Notes under the pieces: model-generated
What the model was told of the DNA's origin: nothing
The model's input: only the letters and a program-made list of their open reading frames with translations
Database searches by the model: none
Made by a program: the position numbers and the translations under genes
Origin: Candidatus Poriferihabitaceae bacterium
Lineage (GTDB): Bacteria > Pseudomonadota > Gammaproteobacteria > Arenicellales > Poriferihabitantaceae
Length of the DNA: 64,000 bases
Direction: 5' to 3'
Assembly (NCBI GenBank): GCA_965206445.1
Contig: CBDBJR010000002.1
Location: 2,488,280 to 2,552,279, forward strand
In this document: positions 20,637-31,017 of the stretch, one piece after another
Layout of the letters: the number at the start of each line of letters is the position of its first letter
Position numbering within the stretch: position 1 is the stretch's first letter

Positions 20637-22259
20637 ATGCCCGTAATTGCCAACACCCTGCGGGTAGAAACCGACCAGTTTGCCGCCAATCGGCAGTATC
20701 AGGACGCCCTGTGCGCGACGCTGCAAACCCGGGTGCGGCAGATCGCTCAGGGCGGCAGCGACGCGGCCCGGCGCAAGCACACCGCACGCGGCAAACTGCT
20801 GGCAAGAGAGCGCATTGAGGCCCTGCTGGACCCCGGCAGCGCGTTCCTCGAGCTGTCACAGTTGGCGGCCTGGGAGGTCTACGCCGATGCCGTTCCCGCC
20901 GCCGGCATCATCACCGGGGTCGGCCGCATCCGGCAGCAGGAATGTATGATTGTCGCCAACGACGCCACGGTCAAAGGCGGGACCTACTACCCGCTGACGG
21001 TAAAAAAGCATCTGCGGGCGCAGGAAATCGCCGCCCAGAATCACCTGCCGTGCCTGTATCTGGTGGACTCGGGCGGGGCGTTTCTGCCGCAGCAGGACGA
21101 GGTGTTCCCCGACCGCACGCATTTCGGGCGGATTTTTTATCATCAGGCCACCCTCTCGGCACTGGGGATTCCGCAGATTGCCGTGGTCATGGGCGCCTGC
21201 ACCGCCGGCGGCGCCTACATACCGGCGATGGCCGACGAGTCGATCATCGTGCGCAATCAAGGGACGATTTTCCTCGGCGGGCCACCGCTGGTCAAAGCGG
21301 CCACCGGGGAGCAGGTCAGCGCCGAAGAGCTGGGCGGGGCGGCGATGCACTCCCGCATTTCCGGCGTCACCGACCACCTGGCCGAAAACGACGCGCATGC
21401 GCTGGCGATTGCCCGGCAGATCGTCGGCAGCCTGAATCGCCGCAAACCGGACTCGCTCGACCGCAGACCGCCGCAACCGCCGCAGTGGGACCCGGCCGAG
21501 CTGCGCGGCGTGGTGCCGGCCGACCGGCGAAAATCGTTTGACATCAAACAGGTGATTGCCCGCATCGTCGACCACAGCGAGCTGGACGAATTCAAGCAGC
21601 AATACGGCGCCACACTGGTCTGCGGCTTTGCCCACCTGCACGGCTATCCGGTCGGCGTGGTCGCCAACAATGGCATTTTGTTCGCCGAATCGGCGCTCAA
21701 GGGCGCGCACTTTGTGCAGCTGTGCGCGCAGCGCGGCATACCGCTGATATTTCTGCAAAACATCAGCGGGTTCATGGTCGGCAAGCAAGCGGAAAATCAG
21801 GGCATTGCCAAACACGGCGCGAAAATGGTCACCGCCGTCGCCTGCGCGCGCGTGCCCAAACTGACCGTCATCGTCGGCGGCAGCTTTGGCGCCGGCAACT
21901 ACGCCATGTGCGGCCGGGCGTACGACCCACGGTTTCTGTGGATGTGGCCGAATGCGCGCATTTCGGTCATGGGCGGCGAACAGGCCGCCGGTGTGCTCAG
22001 CACAATCAAACACGACGCCGCGCTGGCCGCCGCCCAATCATCGCAGGCCGAGCCCTGGCCGGCGGCGGAGCGCACCGCCTTTGAGCAGAAAATCCGGCAA
22101 CAATACGAGCGGCAGGGCAGCCCCTATTACGCCAGCGCCCGGTTGTGGGATGACGGCGTGATCGATCCGGTTGACACACGCCAGGTGCTGACGCTGGGGC
22201 TGGCCGCCAGTTTGAACGCGCCGATTGAAGCCACCCGCTTCGGCGTATTCAGGATGTAG
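20637..22259 (+). CDS. liuB: 3-methylcrotonyl-CoA carboxylase carboxyltransferase subunit
   Basis: [35 protein letters not shown]-terminal FGVFRM; ATG at 20637. Confidence 0.92.
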   Translation: MPVIANTLRVETDQFAANRQYQDALCATLQTRVRQIAQGGSDAARRKHTARGKLLARERIEALLDPGSAFLELSQLAAWEVYADAVPAAGIITGVGRIRQQECMIVANDATVKGGTYYPLTVKKHLRAQEIAAQNHLPCLYLVDSGGAFLPQQDEVFPDRTHFGRIFYHQATLSALGIPQIAVVMGACTAGGAYIPAMADESIIVRNQGTIFLGGPPLVKAATGEQVSAEELGGAAMHSRISGVTDHLAENDAHALAIARQIVGSLNRRKPDSLDRRPPQPPQWDPAELRGVVPADRRKSFDIKQVIARIVDHSELDEFKQQYGATLVCGFAHLHGYPVGVVANNGILFAESALKGAHFVQLCAQRGIPLIFLQNISGFMVGKQAENQGIAKHGAKMVTAVACARVPKLTVIVGGSFGAGNYAMCGRAYDPRFLWMWPNARISVMGGEQAAGVLSTIKHDAALAAAQSSQAEPWPAAERTAFEQKIRQQYERQGSPYYASARLWDDGVIDPVDTRQVLTLGLAASLNAPIEATRFGVFRM

Positions 22260-22264
22260 CCGCG

Positions 22265-24262
22265 ATGTTCGACACCATTCTGATTGCCAATCGCGGCGAG
22301 ATTGCCTGCCGGATTGCGCGCACCGCCGGGCGCATGGGGATCGATACCGTGGCCGTCTATGCCGACGCCGACCGTGACAGCCTGCACGTGCGCAGCTGCC
22401 ATCAGGCGGTGCATATCGGCGCGGCGGCGGTCGCCGACAGCTATCTGAATATCGAGAAAATCATTGCGGCGGCGCGGCAAACCGCGGCGCAGGCGGTGCA
22501 TCCGGGCTATGGCCTGCTGTCGGAAAACCCGCTATTGGCGGACGCCTGCGTGGCCGCCGGGCTGGTTTTCATCGGCCCCGACGCCGCGTCGATGCGGGCG
22601 ATGGGCGCCAAAAACCAGGCGAAAAACCTCATGCAGCAGCACGCGGTACCGGTGCTCGGCGGCTATCAGGGCGACGACCAATCTGCGGCGCGGCTGCGGC
22701 AGGCGGCCGAACAAACCGGCTACCCGATATTGCTCAAAGCGATCGCCGGCGGCGGCGGCAAAGGCCTGCGGGCGGTGCACGCCGAGCCCGATTTTGCGTC
22801 CGCGCTGGCCGCGGTAAAACGCGAAGCCGCGGCGTCGTTTGCCGATGATCGCGTGCTGATAGAGCCGTATCTGCCGCGCGCCCGGCATGTCGAGGTGCAG
22901 ATCTTTGCCGACCGGCACGGCGGCATCGTCCATCTGTTCGAGCGCGACTGCTCGCTGCAGCGGCGCCATCAAAAAGTGATTGAAGAATCACCGGCACCCG
23001 GGCTGAGCGAATCCACCCGGCGGGCACTGCACCGGGCGGCGATCGATGCCGCGCGCGCGATCGCGTATGTCGGCGCCGGCACGGTGGAGTTTCTGCTCAC
23101 GCCGGATGGGCGGTTTTACTTCATGGAAATGAATACCCGCTTGCAGGTGGAGCACCCGGTGACCGAAATGATCAGCGGCCAGGACCTGGTCGAGTGGCAA
23201 ATCCGGGTGGCCGCCGGTGAGCCGCTGCCGGCCACGCAGGCGGAGTTGCAGTGTCGCGGCCACGCGATCGAGGCGCGGATTTGTGCCGAGTCGCCGGCCA
23301 ACGGCTTTATGCCGGCGGTGGGCCGCCTGCAGATCTACCGGCCGCCGGCGGCGGAGCATATTCGCATCGACAGCGGCGTGGCGCAGGGCGATGCCGTCTC
23401 GCCTTATTACGATTCGCTGCTGGCCAAGCTGATTGTCGTCGCGCCCGACCGCAAGCAGGCGCGCCGGCGGCTGCTTGCGGCCCTGTCCGGGTTCGACATC
23501 GTCGGCGTCGAGACCAACCTGTACTTTTTGCGCCTGCTGTGCCGCCTGCCGCCGTTTGCCGACGACACGCTTGACGACCTGCACACCGAAACCATCGCCG
23601 AGTATCAGGCCGACCTGCTGCGCGAACCGCCGGCGCCGCCCGACGACGCCTGGGTTGCCGCGGCGGTATACCGCCTCCATCGATGGACCGCCCCACTCGC
23701 CCGCTCCGCCTGGGCGCGACCCGGCCTGCCGGGCTGGCGCCTGCATCTGCCGGCGCAGCAAAAGGTGACTTTGCGCTGCCGGGATGAAGAACAAACCTGG
23801 TCGTTTGGCTGTGTTGACGATGGCCTGCATCTGGTCGACGACCCCGACGCACCGGTGCGCTTGCGCAAGCTGCGCGGCGCACTCCACCAACTGGATTTTC
23901 GTGGCCGGCAGCGCCACTTGCGGCTGTATCACACCCCGGTCGGCATCCACGTCCACCACGCGGGAGCGGCCTGGCTGTTTACCATCGGCACCGCCATGCC
24001 GTCAGCCGCGCCGGCCCCGGCGGAAGAAACCGGCCTGTGCGCACCGCTGCCCGGCAGCGTGGCGGCGGTTCAGGTCGAACCGGGGCAGGCCGTCAAGCGG
24101 GGCGAGGTGCTGGTGATTATCGAGGCGATGAAAATGGAGCACGTTGTCACCGCCGCCTGTGACGGCGTGGTCGAGCGGATATTCTATCAACCGGGCGATC
24201 AGGTGGCGCAGGGCGCGCCGCTGCTGCGGTTGGTGGCAGCGGATCAGCCGGTACAATCCTGA
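22265..24262 (+). CDS. liuD: 3-methylcrotonyl-CoA carboxylase biotin carboxylase/biotin-carrier subunit
   Basis: ILIANRGEIACR, ERDCSLQRRHQK, EMNTRLQVEHPV, EAMKME. Confidence 0.9.
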   Translation: MFDTILIANRGEIACRIARTAGRMGIDTVAVYADADRDSLHVRSCHQAVHIGAAAVADSYLNIEKIIAAARQTAAQAVHPGYGLLSENPLLADACVAAGLVFIGPDAASMRAMGAKNQAKNLMQQHAVPVLGGYQGDDQSAARLRQAAEQTGYPILLKAIAGGGGKGLRAVHAEPDFASALAAVKREAAASFADDRVLIEPYLPRARHVEVQIFADRHGGIVHLFERDCSLQRRHQKVIEESPAPGLSESTRRALHRAAIDAARAIAYVGAGTVEFLLTPDGRFYFMEMNTRLQVEHPVTEMISGQDLVEWQIRVAAGEPLPATQAELQCRGHAIEARICAESPANGFMPAVGRLQIYRPPAAEHIRIDSGVAQGDAVSPYYDSLLAKLIVVAPDRKQARRRLLAALSGFDIVGVETNLYFLRLLCRLPPFADDTLDDLHTETIAEYQADLLREPPAPPDDAWVAAAVYRLHRWTAPLARSAWARPGLPGWRLHLPAQQKVTLRCRDEEQTWSFGCVDDGLHLVDDPDAPVRLRKLRGALHQLDFRGRQRHLRLYHTPVGIHVHHAGAAWLFTIGTAMPSAAPAPAEETGLCAPLPGSVAAVQVEPGQAVKRGEVLVIIEAMKMEHVVTAACDGVVERIFYQPGDQVAQGAPLLRLVAADQPVQS

Positions 24263-24388
24263 GGTCGGGTGGGGGGTGTTTATCAGCAACCATGCACTTT
24301 TTGTGCCCTCCAACCTTCACCGGGCTGGTTGCTCCTGTCAAGCCGCTTCACTGCACAATGCGCGTCGGGCGAATGAAAGTGAGCGCGC

Positions 24389-24850
24389 TTAATCTGCCTC
24401 GTTGGACGTGCTGTTTAACCTGCCTTCGATGGCCTCTTGTATGTCAGGTGTACACTTTTTACCTTTGACTGCGGTCTCAACCATGCCCATTGTCACGCCA
24501 TGCAATAAACCGACAAATGCCACTTGCTTATCACTTAAGCCATTATGACGCGCTGCTTTTGTCACTTTATAATAGTTCTGCTTCCAATCCAGGCCGCACC
24601 AGTTCGCCAGGCTGGAGATCTCACCGGCAACGATCACTCTTGCCGCATTTTCTTCGGTGATCGGCAACGTCATTCTTTCTTTCTCTGAATCAGGCTGTAC
24701 ATAAGTGCCGTCACTTAGCCTTGCCTGGCCCCAGAAATTATTCATTGCAAGCTTTATGACGGAATCATACATCTCGTTTGGAATCACTCCGGCATAACAA
24801 TAAGCACTGAATAGCATTGCTGTAATCATTGAGAATATATATTTAGTCAT
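24389..24850 (-). CDS. Hypothetical exported protein (AT-rich, foreign-looking)
   Basis: Signal-like MTKYIFSMITAMLFSAYCYAG; 153 aa with two further Cys; composition differs from the flanks. Confidence 0.65.
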   Translation of the reverse strand: MTKYIFSMITAMLFSAYCYAGVIPNEMYDSVIKLAMNNFWGQARLSDGTYVQPDSEKERMTLPITEENAARVIVAGEISSLANWCGLDWKQNYYKVTKAARHNGLSDKQVAFVGLLHGVTMGMVETAVKGKKCTPDIQEAIEGRLNSTSNEAD

Positions 24851-24961
24851 GCGTATATGAGGGCGGTCGGGTTGCAACAGCTGGTAATGATGGAGGTACC
24901 CGGCTACAGAAGCAATAGCAGCGCCGGCCTGATTCAAAACGGCCGACAGCCAGGTCGCGGC

Positions 24962-25030
24962 GAACAGGAGCGCGGGCTTCCCAGCCCGCGAAATATAAAT
25001 AAACACAGGCAGGAATGCCTGTGCTCCTTT
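24962..25030. repeat. Inverted GGAG-REP doublet with variant stems
   Basis: GGAG-CGCGGGCT-TCCC-AGCCCGCG, an AT spacer, then an inverted GGAG-CACAGGCA-TTCC-TGCCTGTG; same GAACAGGAG/CTCCTTT ends as the 6192 element. Confidence 0.85.
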
Positions 25031-25216
25031 AAAAAGGCAGCGGGGATATAAGGAGGAGGCGCCGGTATCGACCGCAAAAAACCGTTCGGCGGATTGAAAA
25101 ATCGGCCAATCGAACCCATTAAGAACGCGACTCGGTTAAAATTCATTGACCGCTGACTGCGCCTGAGCGAACCGCCGCAGACGCACTGACTTGACATCTA
25201 CCCGGATAAACCGCAA

Positions 25217-26590
25217 GTGAATACCAGTATGCCGACAAAAGCCCTTCAGGACGCCGCTACCGCCGCAGATGACGCTACCGCCACGGATGACGCTACCGCC
25301 ACGGACGCCACAACCGCCGCGGATGCCGCTACCGCCGCGGATGCCGCTACCGCCGCGGACGACGCTACCGACACGGACGACGCTACCGCCACGGATGCCG
25401 CTACCGCCACGGACGACGCTACCGCCACGGACGACGCCACCGCCACGGACGACGCTACCGACACGGATGCCGCTACCACCACGGACGACGCCACCGACAC
25501 GGACGCCACAACCGACACGGATGCCGCCACCGCCACGGACGACGCCACCGCCACGGACGACGCCACCACCACGGACGCCACCACCGCCACAGACGCCGCC
25601 ACCCGGCCGGACGACCCGCTGCGGGAGAAATTTCACCGCGCCCACGAGCGCTTGCAGCAGCAGGTGATCGGCCAGCCGTATCTGACCGAGCGGCTGCTGA
25701 TTGCGCTGCTGGCGGACGGGCATTTGCTGGTTGAGGGCGCCCCCGGGCTGGCCAAAACCCGGGCGGTCAAATCACTGGCGGCGTTGATCGACGCCGATTT
25801 CCACCGCATTCAGTTCACCCCCGACCTGCTGCCGACCGACCTCACCGGCACCGACATCTACCAGCCGCAGACCACGCGGTTCGTGTTCCAGCCGGGGCCG
25901 ATTTTTCACCAGATTCTGCTGGCCGACGAGATCAACCGGGCGCCGGCAAAGGTGCAGTCGGCGCTGCTGGAGGCGATGTCGGAGCGCCAGATTACAATCG
26001 GCCACACCACCCACCCGCTGCCGCCGTTGTTTATGGTGATGGCAACCCAGAACCCGATTGAGCAGGAGGGTACGTACCCGCTGCCGGAGGCGCAGCTCGA
26101 CCGCTTCCTGATGCAGGTGATCATCTCCTACCCGGCGGTGGAGAGCGAGTACCGCGTGCTGGCGCTGGCCCGCCGTGAGGCGGCGGCCGAGTTGACGGCA
26201 CCGGCGGCGGCGCAACAGGCAGCGCCGGTGCTGCACCCGAACGACGTGATGCAGGCGCGCCGGGCGGTGCTGGAAATTCATTTGTCGGCGGCGATGGAGG
26301 AATATATCGTGCAGTTGGTGCTCGCCACCCGGCAGCCCGAGGCCTACGGCGATGCGCTGTCCGGGATGCTGGAATTCGGCGCCAGCCCGCGCGGCTCGAT
26401 CGGCCTGGAACGGGCGGCGCGCGCGCATGCGTGGTTGAACGGCCGCGATTATGTGTCGCCCGATGACGTGCAGAAGCTGGCGCACGACGTGCTGCGGCAT
26501 CGGGTTTTATTGTCGTTTTCGGCTGAAGCCGACGGCATTACCAGCGACCGGTTTATCGACCGCCTGCTGGAAGTCGTGCCGGTGCCTTGA
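25217..26590 (+). CDS. moxR: MoxR-family AAA+ ATPase with a repetitive N-terminal extension
   Basis: EGAPGLAKT, RIQFTPDLLP, LADEINRA, ATQNPIEQEGTYPLPEAQLDRF. Confidence 0.92.
   Translation: MNTSMPTKALQDAATAADDATATDDATATDATTAADAATAADAATAADDATDTDDATATDAATATDDATATDDATATDDATDTDAATTTDDATDTDATTDTDAATATDDATATDDATTTDATTATDAATRPDDPLREKFHRAHERLQQQVIGQPYLTERLLIALLADGHLLVEGAPGLAKTRAVKSLAALIDADFHRIQFTPDLLPTDLTGTDIYQPQTTRFVFQPGPIFHQILLADEINRAPAKVQSALLEAMSERQITIGHTTHPLPPLFMVMATQNPIEQEGTYPLPEAQLDRFLMQVIISYPAVESEYRVLALARREAAAELTAPAAAQQAAPVLHPNDVMQARRAVLEIHLSAAMEEYIVQLVLATRQPEAYGDALSGMLEFGASPRGSIGLERAARAHAWLNGRDYVSPDDVQKLAHDVLRHRVLLSFSAEADGITSDRFIDRLLEVVPVP
25250..25603 (+). repeat. ~18-bp coding tandem repeat (DDATAT-like units)
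   Basis: About 19-20 degenerate GACGACGCTACCGCCACG units, some 15-bp variants. Confidence 0.9.
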
Positions 26591-27588
26591 TGCGCCGACC
26601 CGCCGACAGGGGCGATGGCGCCGCGCCGCAGCCGGGGCTGGTGGCCGATCAGCTGGCGTTGATCCGGCTGGCGCAGCAGGCGCACGCGATCAGACTGCCG
26701 GTGGCCGGGGTGCGCTCGGCGCTGACCGGGCTACAGGCTTCGCGCTTTCGCGGCCGCGGGATGGATTATTCCGAATCGCGCCGCTACCAGCCGGGCGACG
26801 ACGTGCGGCGGATCGACTGGCGGGTGACCGCGCGCACCAACAAAACGCATACCAAGATTTACACCGAAGAAAAGGAGCGGCCGGTGTTTATACTCGCCGA
26901 TTACAGCGCCAGCCTGTTTTTCGGCACGCGCAAAAATCTCAAATCGGTGACGCTGGCCGAAGTCGGCGCACTGCTGACCTGGGCGGCGGTCACCCAGGGC
27001 GAACGGGTGGGCGGCGTCATCACCGGCCGACACGGCGTGCAACTGCTCAAACCCCGCGCCGGGCGCACCGGCGCGCTGTCGATTATCCATGCGCTGAGTG
27101 CGGCCAGCCGGCAACTGCCGACCGGCAGCCTCGACCCGCAGCCGACGAGCTGCCTGGCAACCGGGTTGGAGCAGTCATCGCGGATCATTCACCCCGGCAG
27201 TCTGGTGATTCTGCTGAGCGATTTCTATGCGCTGGATGACCGCTGCGAAAAACACCTGCGGCAACTGCGGGCGCACAACGACCTGATCGCCGGCGAGATC
27301 ATCGACCCGCTGGAGCAGCGCGCCCCCGGGCCGGGCCGGTATGCGCTGACCGATGGCCGGCAAACCACGCTGATCGACATCCGCGATGCGGCGTCACGGC
27401 AGCGCTATCTGCAGCAATTCACCCGCAAGCAGCAGCGGTTGCAGCGCCTGACCCGGCAACTGTCGATAGCCGCCTTTAGCGTGCTCAACGGTACCGACAC
27501 GGCGGCCGCGGTGCAGCGTGTGTTTGCCGTCGGCCGGCACACCGGACGCCGCCGGGTGCAGCGCCCGGCGATGCGGGCCGGCACTTGA
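26590..27588 (+). CDS. DUF58 protein
   Basis: RGRGMDYSESRRYQPGDDVRRIDWRVTAR, LLSDF; follows moxR. Confidence 0.9.
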   Translation: MRRPADRGDGAAPQPGLVADQLALIRLAQQAHAIRLPVAGVRSALTGLQASRFRGRGMDYSESRRYQPGDDVRRIDWRVTARTNKTHTKIYTEEKERPVFILADYSASLFFGTRKNLKSVTLAEVGALLTWAAVTQGERVGGVITGRHGVQLLKPRAGRTGALSIIHALSAASRQLPTGSLDPQPTSCLATGLEQSSRIIHPGSLVILLSDFYALDDRCEKHLRQLRAHNDLIAGEIIDPLEQRAPGPGRYALTDGRQTTLIDIRDAASRQRYLQQFTRKQQRLQRLTRQLSIAAFSVLNGTDTAAAVQRVFAVGRHTGRRRVQRPAMRAGT

Positions 27589-27607
27589 CCCGGCACGGAC
27601 CACCGGG

Positions 27608-28120
27608 ATGCAGCCGAATATCGATCCGCTGGCCGCACTGCGCGATATCGCCCTGCCGGCAGCGCCGCCGTGGTGGCCGCCGGCAGTCGGCTGGTGGCTG
27701 GTGCTGGCCATGGCGCTGCTGGTAGTCGGCGGCGGTGTGGTCTGGGTCTACCGGTGGATACGGCAGGGTCGGGCCAGACGCGCCGCCATCGCGTCGTTGC
27801 GGCGGCTCGACGTGCACGTTGACGCCGCGCGGACGCCTGCCTGCCTGCAACAGATGTCGCGCGTGATCCGCCGGCTGGCGATAGCGGAGTTTGGCCGGCG
27901 GCGGGTGGCCGGGCTGTCCGGCGAGGGCTGGCTGCACTTTCTGGAGCACAGCGGCCGCTGCCAGGGGGCATTCGTCAGCGGCGTCGGACGCCATCTGATC
28001 AGCGGGCCATACCAGCCGCAGCCCGAGGTCGATCTGCCGGGCCTGCAAAACCTGCTGATTCAATGGTGCCGCCAAACCCGCAATCGCGCCGCCCGGCGAC
28101 CAGCGCAGCCGACGGCATGA
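27608..28120 (+). CDS. DUF4381 protein
   Basis: LRDIALP...WWPPAVGWW, GLSGEGWLHFL. Confidence 0.85.
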   Translation: MQPNIDPLAALRDIALPAAPPWWPPAVGWWLVLAMALLVVGGGVVWVYRWIRQGRARRAAIASLRRLDVHVDAARTPACLQQMSRVIRRLAIAEFGRRRVAGLSGEGWLHFLEHSGRCQGAFVSGVGRHLISGPYQPQPEVDLPGLQNLLIQWCRQTRNRAARRPAQPTA

Positions 28121-29142
28121 TCCAGCTCGCCTGGCCATGGGTGTTTTTCCTGCTGCCGCTGCCGCTGCTGGCGAGAGCGCTGCTGGCGCCGACCGACAGC
28201 CATCGGGCGGCGTTGAAAGTGCCGTTTTACGCCGACCTGAAACAGGCCGGGCAGCACGGACGCACCGGCGGCAGTCGGCTGCGCTGGCTGCTGCTGAGTG
28301 CGATCTGGCTTTGCCTGGTGGCCGCGGCGGCCCGCCCGCAGCAGCTCGGTGAGCTGGTCGATATCCCGGTCAGCGGTCGGGATCTGATGCTGGCGGTCGA
28401 CATTTCCGCCAGTATGCGGGCCGGCGACATGCTGCATAACCGACAGCTGCAAACCCGGCTGGACGCGGTCAAGCGGGTTGCCGGTGACTTTATCCAGCGG
28501 CGCACCGGCGATCGCATCGGCCTGATCCTGTTCGGCACGCGGGCCTATTTGCAGTCGCCGCTGAGCCAGGATCGAAAAACCGTGAAGCAGTTTCTGGACG
28601 AGGCGGAGATCGGCATTGCCGGCGAAAAAACCGCGATCGGCGATGCCATCGGGCTGACCATCAAACGGCTGGAAAAGTCCGCCGGGCGGGACAAGGTATT
28701 GCTGCTGCTGACCGACGGCAGCAACACCGCCGGTGCAACCGCGCCGGATAAAGCCGCCCAGCTGGCCGCCGCTACCGGGCTGAAAATTCACGCAATTGGC
28801 ATCGGCTCGGCCCACCAGGCGGGCAGCGGCCTGCTCAGCCTGCGCCGCGGCAGTCCGGTCGGCGACCTGGACGAGGCGCTGCTTAAACGGATTGCGGCCA
28901 ACAGCGGCGGCGCGTACTTTCGGGCGACCGATGCCGATGCGCTGGAGGAGATTTACCGGCTGATCGACCAGCTGGAGCCGGTCGAGCGGAGCAACTATCT
29001 GCGCCCCAACCGGGAGGTCTTTTTCTGGCCGCTGGGGGCGGCGCTGCTGCTGTTTCTCGGGGCGGCGGGCGTGATGCTGGTACGGGCGCTGCTGCCGGTG
29101 TCCGCGGCCGATGAAACCACCCCGTCGATCAGGGCGGTCTAG
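28117..29142 (+). CDS. VWA-domain protein (BatA-like)
   Basis: MIDAS VDISASM, GDRIGLILFG, TAIGDAIG, LLTDG. Confidence 0.9.
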   Translation: MIQLAWPWVFFLLPLPLLARALLAPTDSHRAALKVPFYADLKQAGQHGRTGGSRLRWLLLSAIWLCLVAAAARPQQLGELVDIPVSGRDLMLAVDISASMRAGDMLHNRQLQTRLDAVKRVAGDFIQRRTGDRIGLILFGTRAYLQSPLSQDRKTVKQFLDEAEIGIAGEKTAIGDAIGLTIKRLEKSAGRDKVLLLLTDGSNTAGATAPDKAAQLAAATGLKIHAIGIGSAHQAGSGLLSLRRGSPVGDLDEALLKRIAANSGGAYFRATDADALEEIYRLIDQLEPVERSNYLRPNREVFFWPLGAALLLFLGAAGVMLVRALLPVSAADETTPSIRAV

Positions 29143-29145
29143 GCG

Positions 29146-31017
29146 ATGTCGGGCGATTTGTCGGAATGGCATTTTCTGCGGCCGCAGTGGCTGCTGGCGC
29201 TGCCGCTGGGGCTCGCGCTGATCGGCCTGTGCTGGCATTATCTGGCGCCGCGATCGAATTGGGATCGGCTCTGCGATGCGCACCTGCTGCGCTATCTGAC
29301 GGTCGGGCAAAATCGACCCGGCGGCCGGCGGCCGCTGGGGGCACTGCTGGTCGGCTATTTGCTCGCCGTAGTGGCCGCCGCCGGGCCGAGCTGGGAACAA
29401 CAGCCGCAGCCGGCGTACCGCACTGCGCAGGGACGGGTGCTGGTCTACGACCTGTCGAGCTCGATGGACAGTATCGATCTGGCGCCGTCGCGCCTGACCC
29501 GGGCGCGGTTCAAATTGACCGATTTGATCGCCGCCGGTCAGGGACGACAGCAGGGGCTGGTGGTGTTTGCCGGCGATGCGTTTGTCGTCGCCCCGCTGAC
29601 CGATGATATTGAAACGCTGCATAACCTGATCCCGTCGCTGACTACCGCCAGCGTCCCGGTGCAGGGCAGCCGCGCCGACCTGGGCCTGAAACTGGCCGCC
29701 GAACTGCTCGACAATGCCGGCTATACGCACGGCGAGGTTATTTTGATCGCCGACGGCGTGAGCGCCGACAGTGCGGCGGTGGCGGCCGACCTGGCGCGGC
29801 GCAATTACCCGGTGTCGGTGCTGGCGGTGGGCAGCGGGCAAGGGGCGCCGATACCGCTGGCCGATGGCGGGCTGCTGAAAGATGCCGCCGGCAATATCGT
29901 GCTGGCCGGGGTGCGCTTTGCCGAGCTGCAACAGGTGGCCGCCAGCGGTCAGGGGGTATACAGTCAAATCCAGGTTGACGACCGCGATATCCGGGTACTC
30001 AACAGCGCGGCAGCCGGGCCGGCGGTGGCGGCGAGTGCGACCGACGACGACCCGTTTGCCGATGCACTGTGGCTGGACCGCGGCGCATGGCTGCTGCTGC
30101 CGCTGCTGCTGCTGGCCAGCACCGGCTTTCGGCGCGGCTGGCTGCTGGTGTTGGTGCTGGCCACGCCGTCGCTGATGCCGACCAGGGCAATCGCATTCGA
30201 CTGGGCCGACCTGTGGCTGCGGCCGGAACAGCAGGCCGCGCAGGCCCTCGACCGCGAGGATTTCACCACCTTGTCAACCAGTCCGCTGCCGGGCTGGCAG
30301 GGCGCCGGGCACTACCGGCAGAACCACCATGCGCAGGCGGTCGAGGCCTTTGCCCAGCAGCCCGGCGCGCGCGGCTGGTATAACCGCGGCAACGCGCTGG
30401 CCCACTCGGGGGCGCTGGAAGCGGCGCTCGAGGCGTACAATCAGGCACTCGAATTGGACGCCGAATTCGACGATGCGAGATTCAATCGTGAGCTGGTCTG
30501 GCAACTGCTCGAACAGGCGGCGCAATCCGGCCAGACGGGCGGCGACCCGTCGCAGCAGGGCGACGACGATCAGGCCGGGCAGCAGCAAACCGGACAGCAG
30601 GCCGACGACGATCAGGCCGGGCAGCAGCAAACCGGGCAGCAGGGCGACGACGATCAGGCCGGACAGCAGCAAGCCGGGCAGCAGGCCGACGACGATCAGG
30701 CCGGGCAGCAGCAAGCCGGACAGCAGGCCGACGACGATCAGGCCGAGCAGCCGGAGGACACGGCTGATCAGGCCCAGTCGACCGCCGTGGCGGATGATCA
30801 AGCTCCGGCCGACCCGGCTGACGATGACGCCGAGCGCGCAACCACGTCATCGGCCGACCCAGACCAGACCGATGAGCAGCAGCTCACGGCGCAGCAATAC
30901 CAGGCGTTGCAGTATTGGCTGCGGCAGATACCCGATGATCCCGGTGGATTGCTGCGGCGCAAATTCGCCCATCAATACCGGCAGCGCCCGCAGCAGAAAG
31001 AGGCGCAGAAATGGTAG
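29146..31017 (+). CDS. VWA + TPR protein (BatB/C-like)
   Basis: HFLRPQWL, DLSSSM, PLTDD, YNRGNALA TPR, Q/D-rich linker, IPDDPGGLLRRKF. Confidence 0.88.
   Translation: MSGDLSEWHFLRPQWLLALPLGLALIGLCWHYLAPRSNWDRLCDAHLLRYLTVGQNRPGGRRPLGALLVGYLLAVVAAAGPSWEQQPQPAYRTAQGRVLVYDLSSSMDSIDLAPSRLTRARFKLTDLIAAGQGRQQGLVVFAGDAFVVAPLTDDIETLHNLIPSLTTASVPVQGSRADLGLKLAAELLDNAGYTHGEVILIADGVSADSAAVAADLARRNYPVSVLAVGSGQGAPIPLADGGLLKDAAGNIVLAGVRFAELQQVAASGQGVYSQIQVDDRDIRVLNSAAAGPAVAASATDDDPFADALWLDRGAWLLLPLLLLASTGFRRGWLLVLVLATPSLMPTRAIAFDWADLWLRPEQQAAQALDREDFTTLSTSPLPGWQGAGHYRQNHHAQAVEAFAQQPGARGWYNRGNALAHSGALEAALEAYNQALELDAEFDDARFNRELVWQLLEQAAQSGQTGGDPSQQGDDDQAGQQQTGQQADDDQAGQQQTGQQGDDDQAGQQQAGQQADDDQAGQQQAGQQADDDQAEQPEDTADQAQSTAVADDQAPADPADDDAERATTSSADPDQTDEQQLTAQQYQALQYWLRQIPDDPGGLLRRKFAHQYRQRPQQKEAQKW
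30553..30750 (+). repeat. 42-bp coding tandem repeat (QQxDDDQAGQQQxG), ~4.7 copies
   Basis: Read directly from the sequence. Confidence 0.9.

Noticed and set aside
24851-25006. Longer start for the exported protein ORF
   Set aside because: The upstream part reads through the REP doublet, and the signal peptide begins at 24850.
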